64,000 bases of DNA from an uncultured Lachnospiraceae bacterium (GTDB lineage: Bacteria; Bacillota; Clostridia; Lachnospirales; Lachnospiraceae). Location of the stretch: positions 102,729-166,728 of the forward strand of contig CAJUMV010000001.1 in assembly GCA_910587715.1 (NCBI GenBank), in the 5' to 3' direction. The notes under the pieces were generated by a model. That model ran no database searches. It was not told the origin of the DNA and worked only from the letters and a program-made list of their open reading frames with translations. The stretch's first letter is position 1. Every line of letters begins with the position of its first letter. Shown in pieces: positions 26,339 to 34,903 of this stretch. The position numbers and the translations under genes are program-made.

Positions 26339-27250
26339 ATGATTATCATAAGAGTGATGGGCGGGCTGGGCAATCAACTGCAGCAGTACGCCCTGTGTAG
26401 AAAATTTCAGAGTCTCGGCGTCGAAACAAAGCTGGACCTTTCCTGGTTTTCGAGGAGAAGTCAGCAGTCGGCGGCGGCGCCCAGAAAGCTGGCTCTCGCC
26501 GACTTTGAAGGGCTTTCTCTGGAAACGGCTTCCGAAGAGGAAGTGCGGGCGCTTCTCGGGAGAGCCTATGAGGAAAAGGCGGGTCTGGCGGAAAAAATGA
26601 AGAAACGGCTTGCGCCGGAAAAGATGCCGCTGTTTGAGGAATCGGAAATGTACCATCCGCAGATTTTCTCATGGCGGGAGCGTTATCTGGTCGGCTATTG
26701 GGCTTGTGAAGCATATTATGCGGATATTTTAGACAGGCTTCGGGAGGAAATCCGATTTCCCGAAAGCGGCGATGCCCGAAACCGGGAGGCGATGGCAGAG
26801 ATGTCGGCGCAGCCTTCCGTCAGCATCCATGTCCGCAGAGGGGATTATCTGGACGCTGCCAATGTATCCATGTTTGGCGGTATCTGTACGGAAGCATATT
26901 ATGACGCATGTGTCAAGCTTATAAAAGAAAAGTGTCCCGACGCGGTTTTCTATGTCTTTTCGGATGACGCGGATTATGTGCGCGCGCATTTTAAAGGCGG
27001 AGAGTTTCATATCGTGGACTGGAACCGGGAAGAGAACAGCTTTTACGACATGCAGCTGATGAGCTGCTGTCAGCACAATATCTGCGCGAACAGCACATTC
27101 AGTTTCTGGGGAGCGCGCCTAAACGGCAATCCCGAAAAAATCATGCTCCGCCCTTCCATCCACAAAAATACCCAGACCTGTGTTCCGGAAGAAATGCAAA
27201 AGCTGTGGGCAGGCTGGACCCTCGTAACCCCGCAGGGGACGCTCATTTGA
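26339..27250 (+). CDS. GT11 alpha-1,2-fucosyltransferase-like glycosyltransferase (compact form)
   Basis: MIIIRVMGGLGNQLQQYA, HVRRGDY and ANSTFSFWGARL motifs. I set the start at ATG 26339, after GGAGA. Confidence 0.8.
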   Translation: MIIIRVMGGLGNQLQQYALCRKFQSLGVETKLDLSWFSRRSQQSAAAPRKLALADFEGLSLETASEEEVRALLGRAYEEKAGLAEKMKKRLAPEKMPLFEESEMYHPQIFSWRERYLVGYWACEAYYADILDRLREEIRFPESGDARNREAMAEMSAQPSVSIHVRRGDYLDAANVSMFGGICTEAYYDACVKLIKEKCPDAVFYVFSDDADYVRAHFKGGEFHIVDWNREENSFYDMQLMSCCQHNICANSTFSFWGARLNGNPEKIMLRPSIHKNTQTCVPEEMQKLWAGWTLVTPQGTLI

Positions 27251-27275
27251 TATGAAAGGAAAATGATGGTATAAT
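27247..27275 (+). promoter_or_regulatory. SigA-type promoter TTGATA-N17-TATAAT with TG-extended -10
   Basis: TTGATA at 27247-27252 overlaps the stop of the upstream gene. An exact 17-nt spacer precedes TGgTATAAT, which ends at 27275. Confidence 0.55.
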
Positions 27276-27306
27276 GTCCGCGATGGCAATGAGCAGTGCC
27301 AGACGG
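27276..27306 (+). promoter_or_regulatory. Conserved leader box, copy 2 (GTCCGCGATGGCAATGAGCAGTGCCAGACGG)
   Basis: Same sequence as 3240-3271 apart from 1 mismatch, 1 indel and one distal change. It occupies the same position relative to the -10 box. Confidence 0.5.
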
Positions 27307-27311
27307 TAAGA

Positions 27312-27344
27312 TGACAAAATGGCTGCTTGCAGACAATTTTGTCA
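27312..27344 (+). other. Leader hairpin in the ~155-nt 5' UTR
   Basis: TGACAAAAT (27312-27320) pairs with ATTTTGTCA (27336-27344) around a 15-nt loop. The loop segment CTGCTTGC can alternatively pair with GCA-atg-AGCAG inside the conserved box. Confidence 0.35.
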
Positions 27345-27431
27345 GATTAGCGGATGATAGGGCGAAGCCCGCGAGCGAGGAAAACCGCAGGTTTTTCGAG
27401 CTTACACTGCGGAGTTAGGAAAGGCAACACT

Positions 27432-28637
27432 ATGAACTACAGCAATGACAAAATGGTAATGTATTTACACGGCGGCAGCGGCAATCACGGCTGTGAGGCG
27501 ATTGTCAACAGCACCTGCCATATGATAGAAGAGATTCCCAAGCTTCTTGTGACCAACAGCGAGCAGGAGGACAGACATTATTCGGTGGAACCGCTCTGCG
27601 AGATTCTTGAGGAGCGCAAGATTGCAGAGCATTTTTTTGCCCATGTGTGGTATTACGTCTGGCGCAAGGTGTTTCGTGACCCCGAATCCTTTATGCGCTA
27701 TCGTTTTCGTGATGTGATGGGGAAAAATCTGGCGCCCCTCTACCTCTCCATCGGCGGGGATATGTACTGTTACGAGCTGTCAAAGAAGGAAGCGATTACC
27801 GCCAACAGCGCGTTTAACAGGGCGGGGGCGAAGACCGTCCTCTGGGGCTGTTCTCTGGAGCCAGAGCTTCTGCAGGAGCCGGAGGTGGTGGAGGACATGA
27901 AGCGGTATGCGCTGATTACGCCGAGGGAGTCGATTACGACACAGGCGCTCGCGGCGGCAGGAGTGACGGAAAACGTGAAGCAGTTTCCTGACCCAGCCTT
28001 TGCGCTGGAGCCGGAGAAAACGAAGCTGCCCTTTGGATTCAGCGAAGGAAACACCATCGGCATCAACATCAGCCCGATGATTCTGAAATATGAAGAAAAG
28101 AATGGAATTACGATAGAAAATTACCGCAAACTAATTGACCATATTCTGGAGACGACGGACTGCCATATCGCGCTGATTCCCCATGTGATGTGGAAAAATA
28201 ATGACGACAGACTGACCATACATGAGCTTTACGGCGTCTATCAGGGAAATGACAGGGTGGTGAAGTTTGAGGACATGTCCTGTCAGAAGCTTAAATATGT
28301 GATTTCCAAATGCCGCGCCTTTATCGGGGCGAGGACACACGCAACTATCGCCGCCTACTCATCCATGGTTCCCACGCTGGTGGTGGGGTATTCCGTGAAG
28401 GCGAGGGGAATCGCGCAGGATTTGTTTGGCGATTCGGCGCATTATGTGCTTCCCGTGCAGACTCTCTCCGACTCGGAGGAGCTGATTGGCGCTTTTGAGT
28501 GGATGATGGAGAGAGAGGATGAGATCCGGGGACGATTGCGGGAGATTATGCCGGATTACTGCAAAAAGGCGGCTGCGGCGGGAGAAGAGCTGCGCAGGCT
28601 GTGGCGGGACCTGCATGAGAGCAGGGCGGAGCAGTAA
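27432..28637 (+). CDS. Polysaccharide pyruvyl transferase family protein (WcaK/CsaB-like)
   Basis: MYLHGGSGNHGCEAIVNST N-terminal motif and C-terminal GARTHATIAAYSSMVPTLVVGYSVKARG. I set the start at ATG 27432, after AGGAAAGG. The track ORF starts upstream inside the leader. Confidence 0.7.
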   Translation: MNYSNDKMVMYLHGGSGNHGCEAIVNSTCHMIEEIPKLLVTNSEQEDRHYSVEPLCEILEERKIAEHFFAHVWYYVWRKVFRDPESFMRYRFRDVMGKNLAPLYLSIGGDMYCYELSKKEAITANSAFNRAGAKTVLWGCSLEPELLQEPEVVEDMKRYALITPRESITTQALAAAGVTENVKQFPDPAFALEPEKTKLPFGFSEGNTIGINISPMILKYEEKNGITIENYRKLIDHILETTDCHIALIPHVMWKNNDDRLTIHELYGVYQGNDRVVKFEDMSCQKLKYVISKCRAFIGARTHATIAAYSSMVPTLVVGYSVKARGIAQDLFGDSAHYVLPVQTLSDSEELIGAFEWMMEREDEIRGRLREIMPDYCKKAAAAGEELRRLWRDLHESRAEQ

Positions 28638-28679
28638 ACCGTTCCCTGGCTGCGGGAGACAGGCTGAAGGTAAAGGAAC

Positions 28680-30242
28680 ATGGGTAGAATACAGAAAGCC
28701 GGAAAAAATATCATATTCGGATACATCAGCAATCTGGTGATTCTGCTGGTGAATTTTATTCAGAGGACCGTTTTTATCTATGTGCTCGGCAGGACACTGT
28801 CAGGGGTAAACGGCGTCTATACTGATGTATTAAGCGTCCTGTCACTGACGGAGCTCGGAATCGGCACAGCATTAAATTACAGCCTGTATAAGCCGGTGGC
28901 GGAGCACGATATTGAGAAGATTAAATCCTACATGCGCTTCTACAAGAAGGCGTATCTGACGATTGCAGGTGTAATCGCGGTTTTGGGGATAGGTATTTCC
29001 CCATTTTTAAAGTATATTTTAAAGAATCCGGGTAATCTGACAGTAAGGGAATTGACCCTGTACTATTATCTGTTCCTTTTTAACACGGTGATTAGTTATT
29101 TCGTTACTTATAAATACAGCCTGGTAAACGCGGAGCAGAAAAATTATATTCAAACTAATATTACCACCCTGACGAAGCTGGCGACGGCAACGGTGCAGAT
29201 TGCGGTTTTGCTGCTTTTCAGGAATTTTTTATTTTATCTGCTGGCACAGTCCATCGTGGAGCTTTTACAGAAAATATTTGTGACGGTTTATCTGAACAGG
29301 CTCTACCCTTATCTTCGCGATAAGGATGTAAAGAAGCTTACAGCAGAGGAAACGCAGGTGGTCGCCACCAAGACGAAGGCGTTGATCTGCCATAAGATTG
29401 GTGATGTGGCAAGGCTGCAGACGGATAAAATTATCATTTCGTCCTTTGTCAACGTGGATACGGCGGCCGTTGTAGACAACTATGTCTATATCATTACTTA
29501 TGTGGGAAATTTTGTAAATATTATTTTCGATTCGGCGATTTCCGGCTTTGGCAATGTGGTGGCAACGGAGTCAAAGGAGAGACAGTATCTGCTTTTTAAG
29601 GTATACCGCTTTTTTGCCTGCTGGCTTTTCGGATTCGGCGCAGTGGGCTTTTTCCATCTGCTCACTCCTTTTATCGGCGGGGTGTGGCTGCGGGACGCCG
29701 GTTGGACGCTGCCGCAGGTGACGGTGACGCTTCTGGTAATGGATTTCTATCTGAAGGGGGGGCGCACGGTGCTCCTGAATTTTAAGATTGCGTCAGGGCT
29801 TTTCGAGCAGGACCGTTTTCTTCCGCTGATACAGGGCGCCGTCAATCTGGTGGTTTCGATTGCGCTGGTAATAAAAATCGGCGTGGTGGGCGTTTATGTG
29901 GGGACGTTAGTGTCCGGCATTCTTGCGAACCTGATTCGTCCCGGCATTATCTACCGGGTCTGCTTTGAGAAAAAGGCGGGCGCCTATTTTAAAGATTCTC
30001 TCAAATATATAGGCGTGATTGTGGCGGTGGGGGCGGTGATTACACCAATTCGTCATGTGGTTATGGGGGAGGTTACGATGCTTACCTTTGCCCTGATGGT
30101 GGTTTTGATTACGATGCTTTACAATTTGGTATTTCTGGCGGTGTTCCACAGGACGGAGGAGTTTTCTTACCTGTGGGATGCGGTGGCAGCAAGGGTTCCG
30201 GCATTGGGGAGAATATCCCGGAAGGGAGGTTCGCATGAATAA
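28680..30242 (+). CDS. wzx: Wzx-type oligosaccharide flippase (MOP superfamily)
   Basis: 520 aa with about 12-14 TM helices. The composition and length are typical of polysaccharide biosynthesis/flippase proteins, and local GC is lower. Confidence 0.7.
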   Translation: MGRIQKAGKNIIFGYISNLVILLVNFIQRTVFIYVLGRTLSGVNGVYTDVLSVLSLTELGIGTALNYSLYKPVAEHDIEKIKSYMRFYKKAYLTIAGVIAVLGIGISPFLKYILKNPGNLTVRELTLYYYLFLFNTVISYFVTYKYSLVNAEQKNYIQTNITTLTKLATATVQIAVLLLFRNFLFYLLAQSIVELLQKIFVTVYLNRLYPYLRDKDVKKLTAEETQVVATKTKALICHKIGDVARLQTDKIIISSFVNVDTAAVVDNYVYIITYVGNFVNIIFDSAISGFGNVVATESKERQYLLFKVYRFFACWLFGFGAVGFFHLLTPFIGGVWLRDAGWTLPQVTVTLLVMDFYLKGGRTVLLNFKIASGLFEQDRFLPLIQGAVNLVVSIALVIKIGVVGVYVGTLVSGILANLIRPGIIYRVCFEKKAGAYFKDSLKYIGVIVAVGAVITPIRHVVMGEVTMLTFALMVVLITMLYNLVFLAVFHRTEEFSYLWDAVAARVPALGRISRKGGSHE

Positions 30243-31347
30243 GATTCCTCTGATAGAGAATGCTTGTAAAGAACTGATGGAATACGGCGTCCGCGGCAGG
30301 CGGGAAAAGGGTAAAGATTTGGTGAAAGGATTGCTTCTTAGACGAAGGATTCCGAAAGAAGACCCTATTTTCTGGCATACGGGACTTCTGGCGGCGGGAC
30401 TTTGGACATGCCGTGAAGAGGGGGAGTATTCTCAGAATACCGAAAATACCACTGCCCTGATTGACCGGTCGCTTGCGGCATATTATGAGAGATGGATGAA
30501 AAAAGGTATGCCCTTGGCGGTTTTAGACGATTTGCTTGCCGGGGAAACTTTGTTAAATATATATCAAAGAGTGTGCGATAAATCGGTGGACTTTGGAGGG
30601 AAGCTGTCCGAAGCGCAGCTTAAGAATGCGGTGGATAAAATGGCTTCTTATGCCGCAGAGCATCCCACGGACGCCACAGGCAGCTTCCTCTATCGTCCCG
30701 CTAACGGGGAGACGACGGTCTTTGTGGACGGCATTGGGCTGGCGTGCCCGTTCCTCTACCGGTATGGAGAAATTTTTGATAAACAGGAATACAGAGAATT
30801 GGCGCTCAGACAGATTGTGAATTTTTTGTCTTATGGTATGGACGGCGGTAAGGGACTGCCTTACCACGGTTATGATATGAGTGACGGCTGCAAATACGGG
30901 ATTATCGGCTGGGGAAGGGCTGTCGGCTGGCTGCTTCGGGGTATGACCGGCTGTATGGCATCCGATTATGGCAGGGAGCGGCTGCGTGCGCCGTTTACCG
31001 CGCTTGTGGATGCAGCGCTTTTCTTTCAGAGGCAGGATGGCTATTTCGCCTGGCAGCTTGAGGCAGTGGAAGGACCTGCGGACACCTCCGCTACAGGCAT
31101 GATTTGTAGCTGTATCAAACAGGGGATGGCACAAGACGTTCTTGCGGGTGAGACATATGAGAACGCTTTGGCGGCGGGAATGCATGCGCTGGAGCGGTCG
31201 GTTAAGGACGGTCGGGTGTATCATTGTTCAGGGGAGTGCGAGGGCTTTTCCCGGTATCCCCAGCGTTACGGCGCCTATCCGTGGTCGCTCGGTCCGGCGT
31301 TAGAGACGCTTTGCTCTGATGCGGACAAAGAAACTATCAGGAAATGA
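30235..31347 (+). CDS. GH88/GH105-like unsaturated glycuronyl hydrolase family protein, no signal peptide
   Basis: I set the start at ATG 30235, after GGGAGG, overlapping the wzx end by 8 nt. Motifs are DGIGLACPFL, YHGYD and GWGRAVGW (compare WARGNGW of YteR/UGL-type enzymes). Confidence 0.5.
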   Translation: MNKIPLIENACKELMEYGVRGRREKGKDLVKGLLLRRRIPKEDPIFWHTGLLAAGLWTCREEGEYSQNTENTTALIDRSLAAYYERWMKKGMPLAVLDDLLAGETLLNIYQRVCDKSVDFGGKLSEAQLKNAVDKMASYAAEHPTDATGSFLYRPANGETTVFVDGIGLACPFLYRYGEIFDKQEYRELALRQIVNFLSYGMDGGKGLPYHGYDMSDGCKYGIIGWGRAVGWLLRGMTGCMASDYGRERLRAPFTALVDAALFFQRQDGYFAWQLEAVEGPADTSATGMICSCIKQGMAQDVLAGETYENALAAGMHALERSVKDGRVYHCSGECEGFSRYPQRYGAYPWSLGPALETLCSDADKETIRK

Positions 31348-31377
31348 TGCCGCAAAGGGAAAGGGCTGGACGGGAAT

Positions 31378-32991
31378 ATGGAACGATTGAAAAAATATGA
31401 AAAAACGATTACCCTGCAGGAAGCGTGTTATTATGGCTTTTTTATCCTCCTGTCTCTGGCGAAGGGGTTGGGCTTTTACGAGGGGCAGAAGCTCTTTTAT
31501 CTGCTTGCTTGTCCTGCGCTTGTCTTAGGCTTTTTGAAAATCCTGTTGACGCCTTATACGAAAAGGCAGGCGGTTTTACAGGTTTTGTTTTTGGCTCTTA
31601 CGGCGGTGATTTATTATGAGTCGCGGCAGATTGCCATTTTTTTTGTGGTATTCACGATACTTGGTATGAAGGGTATTCCGGTGAAAAAAGTTCTTTCTAT
31701 TGCTCTTTGGATATGGTCTGTCTGTGCGGTTGTATTGTCTGCGGTCTCCTTTTTCCTGATAGAGCATACGGTTTACCGGGTACACGCGAAGATGGGGTTA
31801 GGCCATATTTTCCGTTGGAGCTTGGGTTTTACGCATCCGAATATTCTGCATATCACATATCTGATGCTCTGTGCATTGATTATTCTCGTGATGGAGGAAA
31901 GATACGGGATTCAGGCGTTTCTTCTTTTAATGCTCGGTAATATTCTGGTGTTTTTCTATTCTGTCAGCTATACGGGTTTTGGCATTGTGGCGGTGCTGCT
32001 AGCGGGATGCTTCTATGTGAAATTCCGCCCCCGTTTCTGCGTCGTGGAAAAGCTGCTGGCAAATCTGGTGCTGCCTGTTTGTCTGATTTTGACCTTTGTA
32101 CTGCCGTTTTATATCAATTATCATCGGATCAGCCCTATGGTACAGAAGTTGAATTTCCTGTTAAATACGAGAATCTGGCTGGCGGAACAGTTTTTGAAAT
32201 CGGAATACCGCAGTCTGTTTGGTGCGGACATTTCCAAAATCGTCAAGTCCTCCATGACGCTGGATAATTCTTATGTCTGGTGTTACATCAATTATGGTTT
32301 GGTTTTCACGGTCATTATTCTGATGGGCTATTTTGCCTTGTTGTTTTATGATACGCACAAGCAGCGCACAAGGGAGCTCGTCATTCTGGTATGTTTTCTG
32401 GGCGCGGGGTGGACGGAGCAGTTACTGTTTAACACCTCTTTCAAAAATATTACCCTGCTGTTCCTGGGGGCGCTTCTGTTTTTACAGAAAGAGGGGGAGC
32501 GGGAATATTGTCTGTTTTCGCGCGTATCCGGGCGGTGGAGCCGGGTGAGGATTCCTCTGGCGGGGCTGCCGGATCGGGTGCTTCTTCGCGTGCGGGCAGT
32601 CTGCCGGGTGAACCGGGGAAAAGTTTTGTGTGCGGCGGCAGCGGGCGTGTTATTGGGCGGACTTTTATGTGCGCTGTTGTACCGGGAGCCGGAAGGATAT
32701 GTGGTACAGCGGTTTTATACGGACGGTTTGGAGGACATAGAAGATGCCGTCTATCTGGAGAGCGAGGACGATCCGGTATATGAGGGTTACCGGGTTATGA
32801 ATTATGCGGATGCGCAGACGCCCATGCAGGTCGTGTCGGGCAAGGCGGTAAAACTGGAGACGGCGCGCTACGTTGTGGGAAGTATGCTGCTTGGCGGATT
32901 GTTCGGGGGTGCTGCCGCAACCCTGTGGAATATGGGAAAACGAAAAAAATTGGCTGTGGCTGTGACGGAGATTTCGGGATATGAAAAATGA
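31378..32991 (+). CDS. wzy: O-antigen polymerase/ligase-like membrane protein (Wzy-like 2) with ~170-aa C-terminal extension
   Basis: About 10 or more TM helices. The loop motif GLGHIFRWSLGFTHPNILH parallels the HPN motif of the first Wzy-like protein. Confidence 0.5.
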   Translation: MERLKKYEKTITLQEACYYGFFILLSLAKGLGFYEGQKLFYLLACPALVLGFLKILLTPYTKRQAVLQVLFLALTAVIYYESRQIAIFFVVFTILGMKGIPVKKVLSIALWIWSVCAVVLSAVSFFLIEHTVYRVHAKMGLGHIFRWSLGFTHPNILHITYLMLCALIILVMEERYGIQAFLLLMLGNILVFFYSVSYTGFGIVAVLLAGCFYVKFRPRFCVVEKLLANLVLPVCLILTFVLPFYINYHRISPMVQKLNFLLNTRIWLAEQFLKSEYRSLFGADISKIVKSSMTLDNSYVWCYINYGLVFTVIILMGYFALLFYDTHKQRTRELVILVCFLGAGWTEQLLFNTSFKNITLLFLGALLFLQKEGEREYCLFSRVSGRWSRVRIPLAGLPDRVLLRVRAVCRVNRGKVLCAAAAGVLLGGLLCALLYREPEGYVVQRFYTDGLEDIEDAVYLESEDDPVYEGYRVMNYADAQTPMQVVSGKAVKLETARYVVGSMLLGGLFGGAAATLWNMGKRKKLAVAVTEISGYEK

Positions 32992-34903
32992 ACTGACTTA
33001 CTGCAAAATTTTGGGGACAAACATTAATGTCACGAATATGGGGGACACCATCTCTTACATTACGGACAATCTGGAGGAATTGAAGGGAGACTACATCTGC
33101 GTTTCCAATGTGCACACAACGGTGATTGCCTACCGTGACAAAGCGTACCGCAATGTGCAAAACAGCGGGGCGATGGCGCTCCCTGACGGACAGCCCCTGT
33201 CCATCGTCAGCAGAAAAAGAGGCTTTTCGCAGGCAAGACGGGTGCCGGGACCGGATTTGATGCCTGCGATTCTTGAATTGTCGCAAAAGACGGGATACCG
33301 ACATTATTTTTATGGCAGTACGCAGGCTACGCTGGAAGCGCTGCGGGCGGTTCTGCTGCGGCGGTATCCGAAGCTGCAGATTGCGGGTATGTATTCTCCG
33401 CCGTTTCGAGAGCTGACAAAGGAAGAGGATGAGGAGATTGTCCGGCAGATTAATGACAGCGGCGCCGATTTTGTGTGGGTGGCGCTTGGCGCGCCGAAGC
33501 AGGAGTGGTGGATGTACGAGCACCGTCACAGAATCAGGGCGTTGATGCTTGGCGTGGGTGCGGCGTTTGATTTTACGGCGGGCACGACCAAACGTGCGCC
33601 TATGTGGATGCAGAAGCTGTGTATGGAATGGGTGTTTCGCATTCTGCGGGATCCGAAACGTATGCTGCCCAGATATTTAAGTACGAATTTTTCTTTTTTG
33701 TATCATGTGTACCGTGAGGGAAGGAAAATCAGGCAGGCGGCGAAAAAGGGAATGCACATCGCCATGATTGGGCACAAGCGGATTCCGTCCAGAGAAGGCG
33801 GCGTGGAGGTGGTGGTGGAAGAACTCTCCGTGCGCATGGCGGCAAAGGGGCACCGTGTGGACGCGTATAATCGTTTCGGGCACCATGTTTCCGGTAAAAA
33901 ATACGATGACGAGTACGGCTGGAAGGGACGGAAATATTACAAGGGCATCCGTGTTTATATCGTGCCCACTTTTCGTAGCAGCAGCCTGAATGCGATTGTA
34001 TATACCTTTTTTGCAACGATTATGGCGCTTTTTCATCACTATGATGTCATTCATTATCATGCGGAGGGTCCCTGCGCCATGCTCTGGCTGCCGCACTTTC
34101 TGAAAAGGAAGGTTGTGGTGACCATTCACGGTCTGGACTGGCAGCGTGCCAAATGGGGGAATTTTGCATCCTTTGTAATCAAATTCGGCGAGCGGATGGC
34201 GGCGAAATATGCGGACGAGATTATCGTGCTGTCGGAAAACGTAAAGCAGTATTTTTTGGACACATACAACAGAAAGACAATATATATTCCCAACGGGATT
34301 AACAGACCGGACGCGCAGGGGCAGACCGTGATTCGTGAAAAATATGGTTTGGAAAAGGACGGTTATTTCCTGTTCCTTGCGCGGATTGTGCCGGAAAAGG
34401 GACTGCACTATCTGATAAAAGCGTTTTCCGGGCTGGATACGGATAAAAAACTGGTAATTGCGGGGGGCAGCTCTCAGGCGGTCGGCTACATGGAAGAGAT
34501 TCACCGGATGGCGGCGAAGGATGAGAGAATCCTTATGACGGATTTTGTGCAGGGACAGGTTCTGGAAGAGCTTTATGCCAATGCGTACGCCTTTGTGCTG
34601 CCGAGCGATGTGGAGGGTATGGCGCTTACGCTGTTAGAGGCAATGAGCTACGGAGACTGCTGTCTGGTCAGCGACATCCGCGAGAATACGGAAGTGGTGG
34701 AGGATAAGGCGCTGACCTTTAAAAAGGGCGACGTGGAAGATTTGAGAAGACAGCTTGCGTGGATGCTCTCACACCCCGACGAGGTGCGCCGCATGGGGGA
34801 AGAGAGCGTGGACTTTATCTGCGGCAAGTACGAGTGGGATGATGTGACGGAGCGGACGATTTTTGTATATAAGAAGGCGGCAGGGAAAAAGGAGAAGGTT
34901 TGA
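32981..34903 (+). CDS. Bifunctional fusion: GT26 (WecB/TagA/CpsF family) N-domain plus GT4 (DUF1972-type, RgpA/WchF-like) C-domain
   Basis: The N-half has ILGTNINVTNM, PDGQPLSIVSR and VWVALGAPKQEWWM. The C-half has MHIAMIGHKRIPSREGGVEVVVEEL and LPSDVEGMALTLLEAMSYGDCCLVSDIREN. Confidence 0.75.
   Translation: MKNELTYCKILGTNINVTNMGDTISYITDNLEELKGDYICVSNVHTTVIAYRDKAYRNVQNSGAMALPDGQPLSIVSRKRGFSQARRVPGPDLMPAILELSQKTGYRHYFYGSTQATLEALRAVLLRRYPKLQIAGMYSPPFRELTKEEDEEIVRQINDSGADFVWVALGAPKQEWWMYEHRHRIRALMLGVGAAFDFTAGTTKRAPMWMQKLCMEWVFRILRDPKRMLPRYLSTNFSFLYHVYREGRKIRQAAKKGMHIAMIGHKRIPSREGGVEVVVEELSVRMAAKGHRVDAYNRFGHHVSGKKYDDEYGWKGRKYYKGIRVYIVPTFRSSSLNAIVYTFFATIMALFHHYDVIHYHAEGPCAMLWLPHFLKRKVVVTIHGLDWQRAKWGNFASFVIKFGERMAAKYADEIIVLSENVKQYFLDTYNRKTIYIPNGINRPDAQGQTVIREKYGLEKDGYFLFLARIVPEKGLHYLIKAFSGLDTDKKLVIAGGSSQAVGYMEEIHRMAAKDERILMTDFVQGQVLEELYANAYAFVLPSDVEGMALTLLEAMSYGDCCLVSDIRENTEVVEDKALTFKKGDVEDLRRQLAWMLSHPDEVRRMGEESVDFICGKYEWDDVTERTIFVYKKAAGKKEKV

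Noticed and set aside
27354-27431. The upstream in-frame extension of the pyruvyl-transferase ORF (MIGRSPRARKTAGFSSLHCGVRKGNT).
   Set aside because: It has no RBS and lies within the structured leader. The conserved family N-terminus begins at the ATG at 27432, which is preceded by AGGAAAGG.
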